The notes beneath the pieces are model-generated. The model did not search any database, was not told where the DNA came from, and saw only the letters and a program-made list of their open reading frames with translations. From an uncultured Chloroflexia bacterium (GTDB taxonomy: Bacteria > Chloroflexota > Limnocylindria > QHBO01), in the NCBI GenBank assembly GCA_963825525.1, contig CAWGTN010000002.1, positions 1,440,001 through 1,504,000 of the forward strand: DNA of 64,000 bases, written 5' to 3'. Position 1 is the first letter of the stretch. Each line of letters starts with the position of its first letter. The position numbers and the translations under genes are program-made. This document shows positions 9,716 through 18,551 of this stretch, one piece after another.

Positions 9716-11869
9716 ATGACCCCGTCCGCCATCGCGCGCTTCATCCGCCGTCGTCAGCCACCGGTTGTCGAGGGAGGTGCTGAGCGCGCGAGCCGCGGCC
9801 AGATCCTGGTCCTGTTCGCGCTCCTGCTCACCATCCTCATCGGCTTCTCGGCCTTCGTGGTCGACATTGCCTGGATCTGGAGCAACCAGCTCAAGGTCCA
9901 GCGTGCGGCGGACGCAGCGGCACTTGCCGGCGTGGTCAACCTTCCCGGCCAGGTCACGGTGGCATTCAACGACGCGTGGGCCGAGTCGCGAAAGAACGGA
10001 TATCGCAATGGCGTGGGCGGGGTGGTCGTGACCCCGTCGCAGGATCCCGACAACCCTCGGCGCATGCGCGTTCGCGTGTCCGCGCCGGTGAGGACGTTCT
10101 TCATGGGCCTGTTCGGCTGGAGCCAGGTGACCGTCACCCGCGACGCAAGCGCCGACTTCGTGCTCCCGGTGCCGATGGGCAGCCCGCTGAACTACTACGG
10201 CGTCGGCGACTTCCGCACCCTCGTCACCGGATCAGTGACCGATACCGGCGAGCGGGCGGCCACGACGGCGGTCACCCCGAACGGTTGGACGACACCGAAC
10301 GGCGCGCATGCGTCCGGGGGGAGCACCCACGCCAACAACGCGACGGGCGCCAGCCAGGGATACGGGAACTTCGGCATCACGCTGCCCGCCGGCTCCGTGG
10401 TCCGAGGCATCGAGGTGCGGGTCGATGGCCGCTCGACCGACACGGCCGGATGCGCCATCGGCGTTTCGCTATCGGCCAATGGTGGGACGAGCTGGACCGC
10501 TCAGAAGACCCAGAGCCTGACGGGCGCGTTCGCCGTGAGGCGTCTTGGGGGCGCCACCGACATGTGGGGCGGTGTCTGGCTGCCGGCAGGAGTCACGAAC
10601 GGCTCGCTGGTGGTCCGCGTGACCGACGTCGATCCTGGGGCCGCCTGTGTCGACAGCGCTCGCACCGACCTTGATTACCTGAGCGTGAAGGTCTTCTACA
10701 CGGGTCCGCCCACCCAGCAGAACCGGGTGATCACCGCGCCGGACGGCACGGTGCTCGCGAGCCAGGGCTTCTGGGGTGCGATCGAGGGCCAGGGCAGCAA
10801 CCGATCGACCGGCGATGCCTACGCCACCGGCTACAACCCGAATCCCACCTTGAACGCCGACTACGACGCGCGAGGGTACGACTACACCCTGGAGCTGCCG
10901 GCAGGCGGCAAGGTGTCCATCTTCGACCCCACCTTCTGCGCGACGTCCGACGGACCGGGCGGCGGCCACTACGGGTCCGGCGACCACTGGCTGGGCGCAG
11001 CGACGCCCGTGTCCACCTACTTCCAGCTGTGGAACTCGAACGGCACCACGTTCCGGAGCGATGACACGCTGGTGGCCGCGAGTGGCTCCCTGTTCCAGAA
11101 CGAGTACCAGGCCGACCTCATCACCGGCGCGAACTTCAGCGACGGTGCAGAGCCGACGAACCCGACGGACTGCGGCGAGGGCCTGATCACGAACCCGGGC
11201 CAGGGCGGCGCGTACCACAACAAGTGGTGGCAGATGGCCAGCGGACTGGCCGCCGGCGAGTATCGGCTCCAGGTGACGACCACCAATCCCAGTAATCCGA
11301 ACGACAACTGGGACGAGAGCTTCGAGAACATGTGGTCGATCCTGGTCGAGGGCGGCGGCAAGCCGCACATCTTCGGCTCCGGGAAGATGGTGTCCTACGC
11401 CAACATCGAGGCCGGACAGCAGACGTTCTATCTCGCCCAGATCGACCGACAGGCGGGAGCCGGCAAGACGGTCGAGATCAAGCTCTTCGATCCGGGCGAC
11501 GTCGGTCAGAAGGCGTGGATGCAGATCCTTTCGCCGGACGGCAACGCGTACAACCCGGTGACGTTCAGCTACACCGCAGATAACGGGCGATCCGGCACCA
11601 ACGTCACGTGCATCCAGACGTATGGCGGTGGCGGGCCGTCGGCGCCATCCGGCTGCACCAACCTCACGAGCGGTGGATCCCTCTACCAGAACTCGTGGAT
11701 CACGGTCCAGGTGCCACTCTCGTCGAACTACGGGGCGAGCGGCCTCCAGCCGGCGGGCGAGACCGAATCCGGCTGGTGGAAGATCCGGTACACCGTGAAC
11801 AGTGGCAACGACACCACGACCTGGGAGGTCACGATCCGCGGCAACCCGGTCCGCCTGGTCGTTCCCTGA
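9716..11869 (+). CDS. tadG: Large TadG-like minor pilin / putative tip adhesin, 717 aa (cassette D)
   Basis: SRGQILVLFALLLTILIGFSAFVVD...QRAADAAALAG followed by about 550 aa of Gly/Thr/Trp-rich extracellular-type sequence. Confidence 0.85.
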   Translation: MTPSAIARFIRRRQPPVVEGGAERASRGQILVLFALLLTILIGFSAFVVDIAWIWSNQLKVQRAADAAALAGVVNLPGQVTVAFNDAWAESRKNGYRNGVGGVVVTPSQDPDNPRRMRVRVSAPVRTFFMGLFGWSQVTVTRDASADFVLPVPMGSPLNYYGVGDFRTLVTGSVTDTGERAATTAVTPNGWTTPNGAHASGGSTHANNATGASQGYGNFGITLPAGSVVRGIEVRVDGRSTDTAGCAIGVSLSANGGTSWTAQKTQSLTGAFAVRRLGGATDMWGGVWLPAGVTNGSLVVRVTDVDPGAACVDSARTDLDYLSVKVFYTGPPTQQNRVITAPDGTVLASQGFWGAIEGQGSNRSTGDAYATGYNPNPTLNADYDARGYDYTLELPAGGKVSIFDPTFCATSDGPGGGHYGSGDHWLGAATPVSTYFQLWNSNGTTFRSDDTLVAASGSLFQNEYQADLITGANFSDGAEPTNPTDCGEGLITNPGQGGAYHNKWWQMASGLAAGEYRLQVTTTNPSNPNDNWDESFENMWSILVEGGGKPHIFGSGKMVSYANIEAGQQTFYLAQIDRQAGAGKTVEIKLFDPGDVGQKAWMQILSPDGNAYNPVTFSYTADNGRSGTNVTCIQTYGGGGPSAPSGCTNLTSGGSLYQNSWITVQVPLSSNYGASGLQPAGETESGWWKIRYTVNSGNDTTTWEVTIRGNPVRLVVP

Positions 11870-11909
11870 TTTGTCGCCGCGAGTCGCGTGACTCGGGGAT
11901 GATGTCGCG

Positions 11910-12305
11910 GTGAACGAGCAGGCACGCCTGGTACGCGTCGAGAACGTCACCCGTGGCACGACCGTCGCCGACCGTGTGCGGGTCGCCTCGTCGAGTGTCG
12001 ATCGGACCGTTGGGCTGCTACACACTCCGGGCCTCGCGCCGGACGAGGGACTGTGGATCGAGCGAGCCCCGTCCATCCACATGTTCTTCATGCGCTACGC
12101 GATCGACGCGATCTTCGTCGACCGCGCTGGCCGGGTGACCAAGGTCGTGCCGAATCTCCGGCCCTGGAGGGTCGTGCTCTGGGCGCGGGGCGCCCGGGAT
12201 TGCCTGGAGCTCGGCGCCGGCGCCGCGGCCGTCAGCGGGACGGAGCGCGGAGACCAGCTGACCCTGGTGGACGTGGACCGGGACATGGACGAGGGCTCCC
12301 GGTAA
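11910..12305 (+). CDS. DUF192 family protein
   Basis: VA.S..DRTVGLL...SIHMFFMRYAIDAIFVD...LEL pattern. Confidence 0.8.
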   Translation: MNEQARLVRVENVTRGTTVADRVRVASSSVDRTVGLLHTPGLAPDEGLWIERAPSIHMFFMRYAIDAIFVDRAGRVTKVVPNLRPWRVVLWARGARDCLELGAGAAAVSGTERGDQLTLVDVDRDMDEGSR

Positions 12306-12350
12306 GCAAGCGGTAATCCCGCGGTACACGCGCCTGGGTCAGCATTCGGC

Positions 12351-13004
12351 ATGGAGTGGCTGCTGGACGTGCTGATGCCGCCGGCGTGCACGGGTTGCGG
12401 ACGTGCCGGCTCGATCATGTGCCAACGCTGCCGCGCGGACATGCGGCCGTTCACGGACCATGCCCCGACCTTCGTGGCGCCGGACGCCGGCGTCGTGGTG
12501 GGTGAGGCGCTGGCGCTGGCCGTCGCGGCGTTCCCGTACGAGGGAGCGCTCCGCCGCGTGCTGGCAGCGCTGAAGTATCGGGGCGCCGCCCGCGTTGCGC
12601 GGCCGCTTGCCGATGCGGCCTTTCCCTCCCTCCGCCATCTCCTCGCGGTCTCCGGGCCCGCCGTGCTCGTGCCGGTGCCCATTCACCCAGGCCGGCAACG
12701 CCAACGCGGTTACAACCAGGCGTCGCTCATCGCCACGCGCCTCGCGGCCCGCGCCGAGATTCCGATGGCCGACCTGCTGACGCGGGCGCACCTCACCGAG
12801 CAGCAGCACCGCCTGACGCGCGCGGAACGAATGAGGAACATGCGTGGCGCCATCACTCCCCGGAAGGGAGCATCGGCTCCGGCCTGCGCGGTCGTGGTCG
12901 ACGACATCCTGACGACCTCGGCCACGCTCGAGGTCTGCGCCGATGCACTCCTCCGCATGGGCGTCCAGCACGTCTACGGGTTCGCCATAGCCCGCGAAGT
13001 CTGA
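12351..13004 (+). CDS. comF: ComF family protein (Zn ribbon + phosphoribosyltransferase-like)
   Basis: PPACTGC...CQRC; VPVP...RQRGYNQA; VVDDILTTSATL. Confidence 0.9.
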   Translation: MEWLLDVLMPPACTGCGRAGSIMCQRCRADMRPFTDHAPTFVAPDAGVVVGEALALAVAAFPYEGALRRVLAALKYRGAARVARPLADAAFPSLRHLLAVSGPAVLVPVPIHPGRQRQRGYNQASLIATRLAARAEIPMADLLTRAHLTEQQHRLTRAERMRNMRGAITPRKGASAPACAVVVDDILTTSATLEVCADALLRMGVQHVYGFAIAREV

Positions 13005-13059
13005 CCTGGTGCTAGCCTAGGAGGCCACCTCGAGACACGCGCAGCGGAGGATTCGGTAC

Positions 13060-13644
13060 GTGAAGACGAACCTGACCGCCCGGAACCTGGAGCTGGATGA
13101 TGAGCTCCGCAGCCAGGTCGAGCGTAAGCTCAAGCGCCTCGACAGGATCACCCACGAGTCCGCGGAGGCCGATGTCGAGCTCATCGCCAACGCCTCACAC
13201 GCCAACGACGCATCCCAGGTCGCCGAGGTGACGCTGCGCAACAACGGAGACCTCCTGCGCTCGACGGCCGCCGGCGCGTCCCCCATCGCCGCCCTCGACG
13301 TGGTGCTGGACAAGCTCGAGCGGCAGGTCGTGCGCATGAAGGAGCGGCCGCGGCGCGTCCGGGAGCGTCATGCCGACGAGGTGGACACTGTCCTCGAGCG
13401 CGAGGCGATCGGCACCGTCGACGGAGACGACGGCGCAGGCGATCGTCCGCTCATCGTGAAGACCAAACGGTTCGCCATGCGGCCGATGTTCGAAGAGGAT
13501 GCCATGGCTCAGATGGAGGAGCTCGGCCACGCTTTCTTCGTCTTCCTGAACGCCGAGAGCGAGAGCGTGGCCGTCCTCTATCGGCGTCGGGATGGATCGT
13601 TCGGGCTCATCGAGCCGGTACTGGATAACGGGAGACCGCGCTGA
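13060..13644 (+). CDS. hpf: Ribosome hibernation promoting factor, long HPF/RaiA
   Basis: ARNLELDDELRSQVERKL...DKLERQV; C-terminal PMFEEDAMAQMEELGHAFFVF...YRRRDGSFGLIEP. Confidence 0.9.
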   Translation: MKTNLTARNLELDDELRSQVERKLKRLDRITHESAEADVELIANASHANDASQVAEVTLRNNGDLLRSTAAGASPIAALDVVLDKLERQVVRMKERPRRVRERHADEVDTVLEREAIGTVDGDDGAGDRPLIVKTKRFAMRPMFEEDAMAQMEELGHAFFVFLNAESESVAVLYRRRDGSFGLIEPVLDNGRPR

Positions 13645-13659
13645 GCCTCGCCGACCTGG

Positions 13660-13779
13660 TCAGAGGATGGCCGGCAGGATCAGCAGCGCTCCGACGATCA
13701 CGATCAGCGACACGAAGAAGACGAGCAGCGCGATGCCCAGGAGATCGGTCTCGGGCGTCGTCGCCGGTTCGGGTGCCAT
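13660..13779 (-). CDS. Small single-TM membrane protein (39 aa)
   Basis: MAPEPATTPETDLLGIALLVFFVSLIVIVGALLILPAIL. Confidence 0.5.
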   Translation of the reverse strand: MAPEPATTPETDLLGIALLVFFVSLIVIVGALLILPAIL

Positions 13780-14764
13780 GCGCGGCACCGTAGCACGCCG
13801 GGAGCCACGGCGGCGCCTCACGTGGCCCCATGAAGCACCGCCGGTGGGCCTCCATCTCGGCGTCGGCCAGGGCCTGATGAAGGCCGCCCGGCGGTCGCGC
13901 CAGATCGGCGCCCGGGCGCTCCAGATCTTCAGCGACAACCCGACCGCGTGGCGTCGACGGCCGGAACCGCTGGACGACGCACCAGAGTTCGTCAGCTACT
14001 GCGCACGAGAGGGAATTGAGTGCATCGCAATCCACGCGTCGTACCTCATCAACCTCGCCGGCTCGTCCGAGCCGTTCGCCAGCCAATCCCGCGCCGGGCT
14101 GATCCACGAGGTTCAGCAGGCCCCGTACTACGGGGCTCGATTCGTGAACGTGCACATCGGGTCACATCGCGGGTCGGGTGCGGGCGGAGGGACGCGGCGG
14201 ATCGTGGAGAACGTGCGGGCCGTCCTGGACAGCACGCCACCGGACGTTCGGCTGGTGCTCGAGAACTCTGCCGGCGGCGGCGACCTCATGGGATCGACGA
14301 TCGAAGAGCTGGCGGAGATCCTGGACGGCGTTGGCGACACCCGGAACTCGGAGCGGCTGGCGTTCTGCCTGGACACCGCGCATCTGTGGGGAGCAGGCCA
14401 CGACATCTCGACCGATGCCGGGGCGATGCAGGTGGTGGATCGCTTCGGGGCGCTGATCGGGCTCGGTCGCCTGGCTCTCGTGCACCTCAACGACTCGCGC
14501 TCGGAGCTCGGATCTCTGACCGATCGCCACGAGCACGTGGGCGGCGGGCGGATCGGGCCGCTCGGGCTGGGATCACTCCTCCGCGATCCCCGGCTGGCGC
14601 GCACCGCCTTCATCATGGAGACGCCGGGTGCCGATGAGGGCTGGGACGCCGTCAACCTTCGAAGGGCGTACGCCCTGTGGCGTGGTGCACTTCAGCTGCC
14701 CGAGCTGCCGCCGAAGGCCTATCGCACGAACCGGCGTTCGACCCGGGTGTCAGCCGCTCGCTGA
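13778..14764 (+). CDS. nfo: Endonuclease IV (AP endonuclease family 2)
   Basis: LQIFSDNP, IHASYLINLA, VHIGSH, LENSAG, CLDTAHLW, HLNDS, DRHEH, IMETP; start uncertain. Confidence 0.9.
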   Translation: MRGTVARREPRRRLTWPHEAPPVGLHLGVGQGLMKAARRSRQIGARALQIFSDNPTAWRRRPEPLDDAPEFVSYCAREGIECIAIHASYLINLAGSSEPFASQSRAGLIHEVQQAPYYGARFVNVHIGSHRGSGAGGGTRRIVENVRAVLDSTPPDVRLVLENSAGGGDLMGSTIEELAEILDGVGDTRNSERLAFCLDTAHLWGAGHDISTDAGAMQVVDRFGALIGLGRLALVHLNDSRSELGSLTDRHEHVGGGRIGPLGLGSLLRDPRLARTAFIMETPGADEGWDAVNLRRAYALWRGALQLPELPPKAYRTNRRSTRVSAAR

Positions 14765-14882
14765 GCCGACGCCATGGCATGACGAAGGGGCTGGATGCCG
14801 ACTCGGTCGTCGTAATCCAGCCCCTTTGGGTGTGGCGGGGTGATCCGGAATCGCGTCCGGCCACCCCATGGGTCCAAGCCGC

Positions 14883-15782
14883 CTACCGACGGCGAAGCAG
14901 GTTCACCGCCATCACCAGCAGCGAGCCGGCGAGGAGCAGGATCGGGAGAATGATCGTCAGCAGGCCGGTCGTCACCTGCGGTCCGGTCGCCGTGTTGGGC
15001 AGCTCCGGAACCGGCGGGGTGGGATTGCCCGGAAGCTCACTCTCGCGGGCCGTCGGCGTTGACGACTCCTCGGGGGTCTCCGACGGAGATTCGCTCTCGC
15101 TGGGCGACTCGCTCGGGGACTCGCTCGGGGTTTCCGAAGGAGACTCCGAAGGAGACTCGCTCTGGCTGGGCGACTCGGTCGGGGTTGCCGAAGGAGACTC
15201 GGTCGGGGTTGCCGAAGGAGACTCGGTCGGGGTTGCCGAAGGAGACTCGGTCGGGGTTGCCGAAGGAGACTCGGTCGGGGTTGCCGAAGGAGACTCGGTC
15301 GGGGTTGCCGAAGGAGACTCGGTCGGGGTTGCCGAAGGAGACTCGGTCGGCGTTGCGCTCGGCGACTCGCTCGGGCTGGCCGAGGGCGACTCCGAAGGTG
15401 ACTCGCTCTGGCTCGGCTGCACGCAGAGCTGCGCATCGGCAAGGGCACTCGTGCTCTTGCGCTTGTCGTTCTTCCATCGGGCGTAGAGCGTCGAGCCGCC
15501 ACGCGACGTCTCGAACGCGTGCTCTCCCGACTTCCCGAAATTGACGTTCCAGTAGTTGCTGAAGTTGGAGTTCCAGCTGAACTGGATCTTGTAGTCGGGC
15601 TCGCGGCTCAGGTTGAGGATCCACGAGTAGTGCGCTTCGTCACTTGCGCACTGAGGTGCCAGGCTGGGTCGAGCCCAGGCCAGCGCGGATCCCACCGAGA
15701 CCGTCAGCACGAGTGCCGAGACGGATGCGACCGTGATCATGACCTGCGCCATGCGGCCCCGTCGGGTGTTGAAGGTGGCCAT
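14883..15782 (-). CDS. Secreted, sortase-type anchored surface protein with Ser/Pro/Thr/Glu stalk
   Basis: Signal peptide, Trp-rich domain, (SATPTESP)n stalk, LPNTA motif + hydrophobic helix + RRR tail. Confidence 0.8.
   Translation of the reverse strand: MATFNTRRGRMAQVMITVASVSALVLTVSVGSALAWARPSLAPQCASDEAHYSWILNLSREPDYKIQFSWNSNFSNYWNVNFGKSGEHAFETSRGGSTLYARWKNDKRKSTSALADAQLCVQPSQSESPSESPSASPSESPSATPTESPSATPTESPSATPTESPSATPTESPSATPTESPSATPTESPSATPTESPSATPTESPSQSESPSESPSETPSESPSESPSESESPSETPEESSTPTARESELPGNPTPPVPELPNTATGPQVTTGLLTIILPILLLAGSLLVMAVNLLRRR
15172..15356. repeat. Coding 24-bp tandem repeat, 7 perfect copies plus a partial copy
   Basis: GACTCGGTCGGGGTTGCCGAAGGA head-to-tail, no spacers. 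Confidence 0.95.
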
Positions 15783-16022
15783 TGTTCGTTGCTCCCCTGG
15801 CTGATGATTCAGCTGGCCGTCCGATGAGCGGACATGACCGTCATCGCAGGCTAGGGGGTCCTGGTACCTTCGTCACCCTCGGCCGCCCGAGGCGTGATGG
15901 GCTCCAGCCCAATGCGGGGGGATCGGGTGTGGAAAGCGGTGGTGACTCACCGCAACGGGGGTACCACCCTGGGCTCCACCAGCGGTACTGGCGATGGCTT
16001 CGAGGGACAGTACCGCCGGAGG

Positions 16023-16430
16023 TTAGCTGCCGTTCGTGTACCCGTTCGGGCCGTGATGTGAGCCGTTCGAGTCGCCTCGCGATCGGCGCAGTCGAAGGGC
16101 GATGTACGCCTGCATGAGCTCGCGGACATCGGATTCGGTCAGGGCGTCATCGCCGCGCAGGGCGTATTCGACGCGGGTGGTGGGCAGGACGTGGCGATTG
16201 TTGAGCGAGGCGAAGTAGGCCGGTCCATCGGCCTCCTCGCGGATCTCGCGCAGTCCGCGGGCGAGCTTGGTGGCGGTCCCGAGCGACGGCATGCGATCGC
16301 CCTTGATCAGCCGCGAGATGGTGGAGTGATCCACGCCCGACTGGAGCGCCAGCTGCCGCTGGCTCATCTTCTTTTCCTTCAGCTGGCCGCGAAGCCAGCT
16401 GTTGAACGATCGTGGTGTCTCGAGGGCCAT
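16023..16430 (-). CDS. XRE-family HTH transcriptional regulator
   Basis: KMSQRQLALQSGVDHSTISRLIKGDRMPSLGTATKLARGL. Confidence 0.87.
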   Translation of the reverse strand: MALETPRSFNSWLRGQLKEKKMSQRQLALQSGVDHSTISRLIKGDRMPSLGTATKLARGLREIREEADGPAYFASLNNRHVLPTTRVEYALRGDDALTESDVRELMQAYIALRLRRSRGDSNGSHHGPNGYTNGS

Positions 16431-16568
16431 GTGCGACCTGTATGACGCTGTACGCCACCGGTACGGAACGCGCCGGTGGTGCGTACGAGCAACCGCAGCA
16501 TCCCAGCGCCGCGGGGTCGCCTCAATAGGAGGAAGGTACCGCGTGCATGGAGGCCGATTCAGCCGGGT

Positions 16569-17657
16569 TCAGCCCGCCGAAGCCATCCTGGCGGCCCCGT
16601 GGGCGATGCGGACCTTTCGGCTGAAGGCGTACAGGATGCCGCCAAGCACGATCACGGTCAGGATGCTGATTGCACGGTCGGTGAACGCGACCGCCGCCGC
16701 CGGGTCCTGCCCAACCCCGTAGAAGCCGAGAGCAACGGCGATCGCCAGCTCCACGAAGCCGACGCCGGCCGGCGTGAGTGGAATTGCCGTCAGCAGGGCC
16801 GCGGCCAGTGCCACGAACACGGATGCGCTGATGCCGAGCCCGACCTCAGGCAGTGCGAGCGCCTGGATGACGAAGTACAGCCGGGCCCCCTCGAGCAGCC
16901 AGATCGCCCCGGTCAGCACCAGGATCGTCGGCAGAGCGCGGAGCGAGAGGGCGCCGGTGCTTCCCTCGCGGAAGCGAGCGTAGAGGTCGGCGAAACGGGC
17001 CGGCAGTCGCACGGTCAGGCGATCCCCCAGGAACCGAAGAGACGCCACCATCAGGATCAGGAGCACGACCACGATGGCGCCGATCATGAAGATGAAGTCG
17101 ATCTCTGGACGCGATCGGCCGCGGAAGCTCCAGAAGCCGGCGGCCAGGGCCAGGATGAAGATGACGATGATGTCGGCAATGCGCTCGATGAAGATCGTGC
17201 CCACCGTCCGCGACGACGACGCCCCGAAGTTCCCCTTGAGAAGGAACGCCCGATACAGGTCTCCCAGCTTGGCGGGCACCAGGCAGTTCACGAACCACGA
17301 AAGGAACAGGATCTCCGACGCGTCCTTGAACGGGACCTGGACCCCGCTGCGCGCCAGCACGTAGCGCCAGCGGAAGCCGCGGAGCGGGAAGGTCAGGTAG
17401 TAGGCGAGGGTGGCGACCACCAGGAGGAGAAGGTCGGCCCCGGTGATCAGGCGCCAGGTGCGCCCGAAATCGACATTCAGTGCGAACCGGAAGAGCAGGA
17501 ACAGCATGAGCCCGGCGAACACGATGGAGCCGATGGTTCGCAGATTGAGGAATCGGCGAGCCAGGCTGACCTCGCGCTCGGGGATCGGCGCGTCGGCGGC
17601 TGCGTCCAGGAAGTCGGCCGGCTCGTAGACGCCATGCCGATCGTGCGAATCGGTCAT
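16569..17657 (-). CDS. Lysylphosphatidylglycerol synthase TM / UPF0104 flippase-like membrane protein
   Basis: LRGFRWR, FVNCLVPAKLGDLYR, TIFIERIAD, IPLTPAGVGFVE motifs. Confidence 0.85.
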   Translation of the reverse strand: MTDSHDRHGVYEPADFLDAAADAPIPEREVSLARRFLNLRTIGSIVFAGLMLFLLFRFALNVDFGRTWRLITGADLLLLVVATLAYYLTFPLRGFRWRYVLARSGVQVPFKDASEILFLSWFVNCLVPAKLGDLYRAFLLKGNFGASSSRTVGTIFIERIADIIVIFILALAAGFWSFRGRSRPEIDFIFMIGAIVVVLLILMVASLRFLGDRLTVRLPARFADLYARFREGSTGALSLRALPTILVLTGAIWLLEGARLYFVIQALALPEVGLGISASVFVALAAALLTAIPLTPAGVGFVELAIAVALGFYGVGQDPAAAVAFTDRAISILTVIVLGGILYAFSRKVRIAHGAARMASAG

Positions 17658-18544
17658 CCTTCGTTCTCGTTTTCGGGCTCGGCCGATGGGAGCTCTGCGG
17701 GCGACGGTCTCTTGATCGGCTCCCGACGGACTTCGGCCGGGTCCTGCGGTCCGAGGATCGGCCCGGTGGCCGTACGCTTCCCGCGCCATCGGTCGAAGGT
17801 GTTCTTCCAGACCGCCCAACGGGTGGTGGCGTGGATGAAGACCGAGGACCGGCTCGCGTGCCACTCGTTGTCCGGGAGGACCGCCCTGAGCTCGGCGGCG
17901 GTCTCGAAGGCGGGCAACGCGTTGAACGCCATCGCCACCTCGAAGCTCGAGTGCGAGTCGCTGGCGGCAATGCCCGGGATGCCGTAGTGAGCGGCGAACT
18001 CCGCCGCCTCGATGTTGTGCCGCTGGAACGTGACCCGGCAGTTGAAGATCTCGACGGCGTCGACCTTCCCCATCTCCGCCAGGTTGCGGAGCGGTCCCTC
18101 CTTGATGTGCGAGCCACGGAAGGGATCGAACGGATGCGGAATGCTGACCAGGCCGCCCTGCCGATGGATCTCGTCCGCGGTCTCGTTGGCGGACAGGCCG
18201 CGCGGGATGGTCTTGGTGAGGAAGAGGCCCACGACCTCGCCGTCCGCCGTGCTGACCTCCTCGCCCAGGATCACGGTCAGCCGATCGTCGAGTCCGAGCT
18301 CCGTGACCTTGTCGCGCACCGCGACGGCGCCCTCGACGTTGTTGTGGTTGGTGATCGCGACGTGGGTCAGGCCGCGCTCGATGGCCTTCTCGATGAAGCG
18401 CTCCTCGGTGAGGATCGAGTCACGGCTGAACCGGGTGTGGATGTGAAAGTCGGCGAAGACAGGCCGGGTGGGTGGCTTGCCGGTCGTCTCGCGCTGTTTC
18501 TGGAGCGTCGTTCGCAGCTCCGTCGCCGAGCTGGCGATGGTCAC
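17654..18544 (-). CDS. PHP-domain metal-dependent phosphoesterase
   Basis: DFHIHTRFSRDS, AITNHN, GEEV, IPHPF, SDSH. Confidence 0.87.
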   Translation of the reverse strand: MTIASSATELRTTLQKQRETTGKPPTRPVFADFHIHTRFSRDSILTEERFIEKAIERGLTHVAITNHNNVEGAVAVRDKVTELGLDDRLTVILGEEVSTADGEVVGLFLTKTIPRGLSANETADEIHRQGGLVSIPHPFDPFRGSHIKEGPLRNLAEMGKVDAVEIFNCRVTFQRHNIEAAEFAAHYGIPGIAASDSHSSFEVAMAFNALPAFETAAELRAVLPDNEWHASRSSVFIHATTRWAVWKNTFDRWRGKRTATGPILGPQDPAEVRREPIKRPSPAELPSAEPENENEG

Positions 18545-18551
18545 ATCGGCC

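Noticed and set aside
15172-15356. 24-bp repeat array as a CRISPR or guide-RNA array
   Set aside because: No spacers; the repeats are in frame inside a surface-protein gene; no cas genes seen
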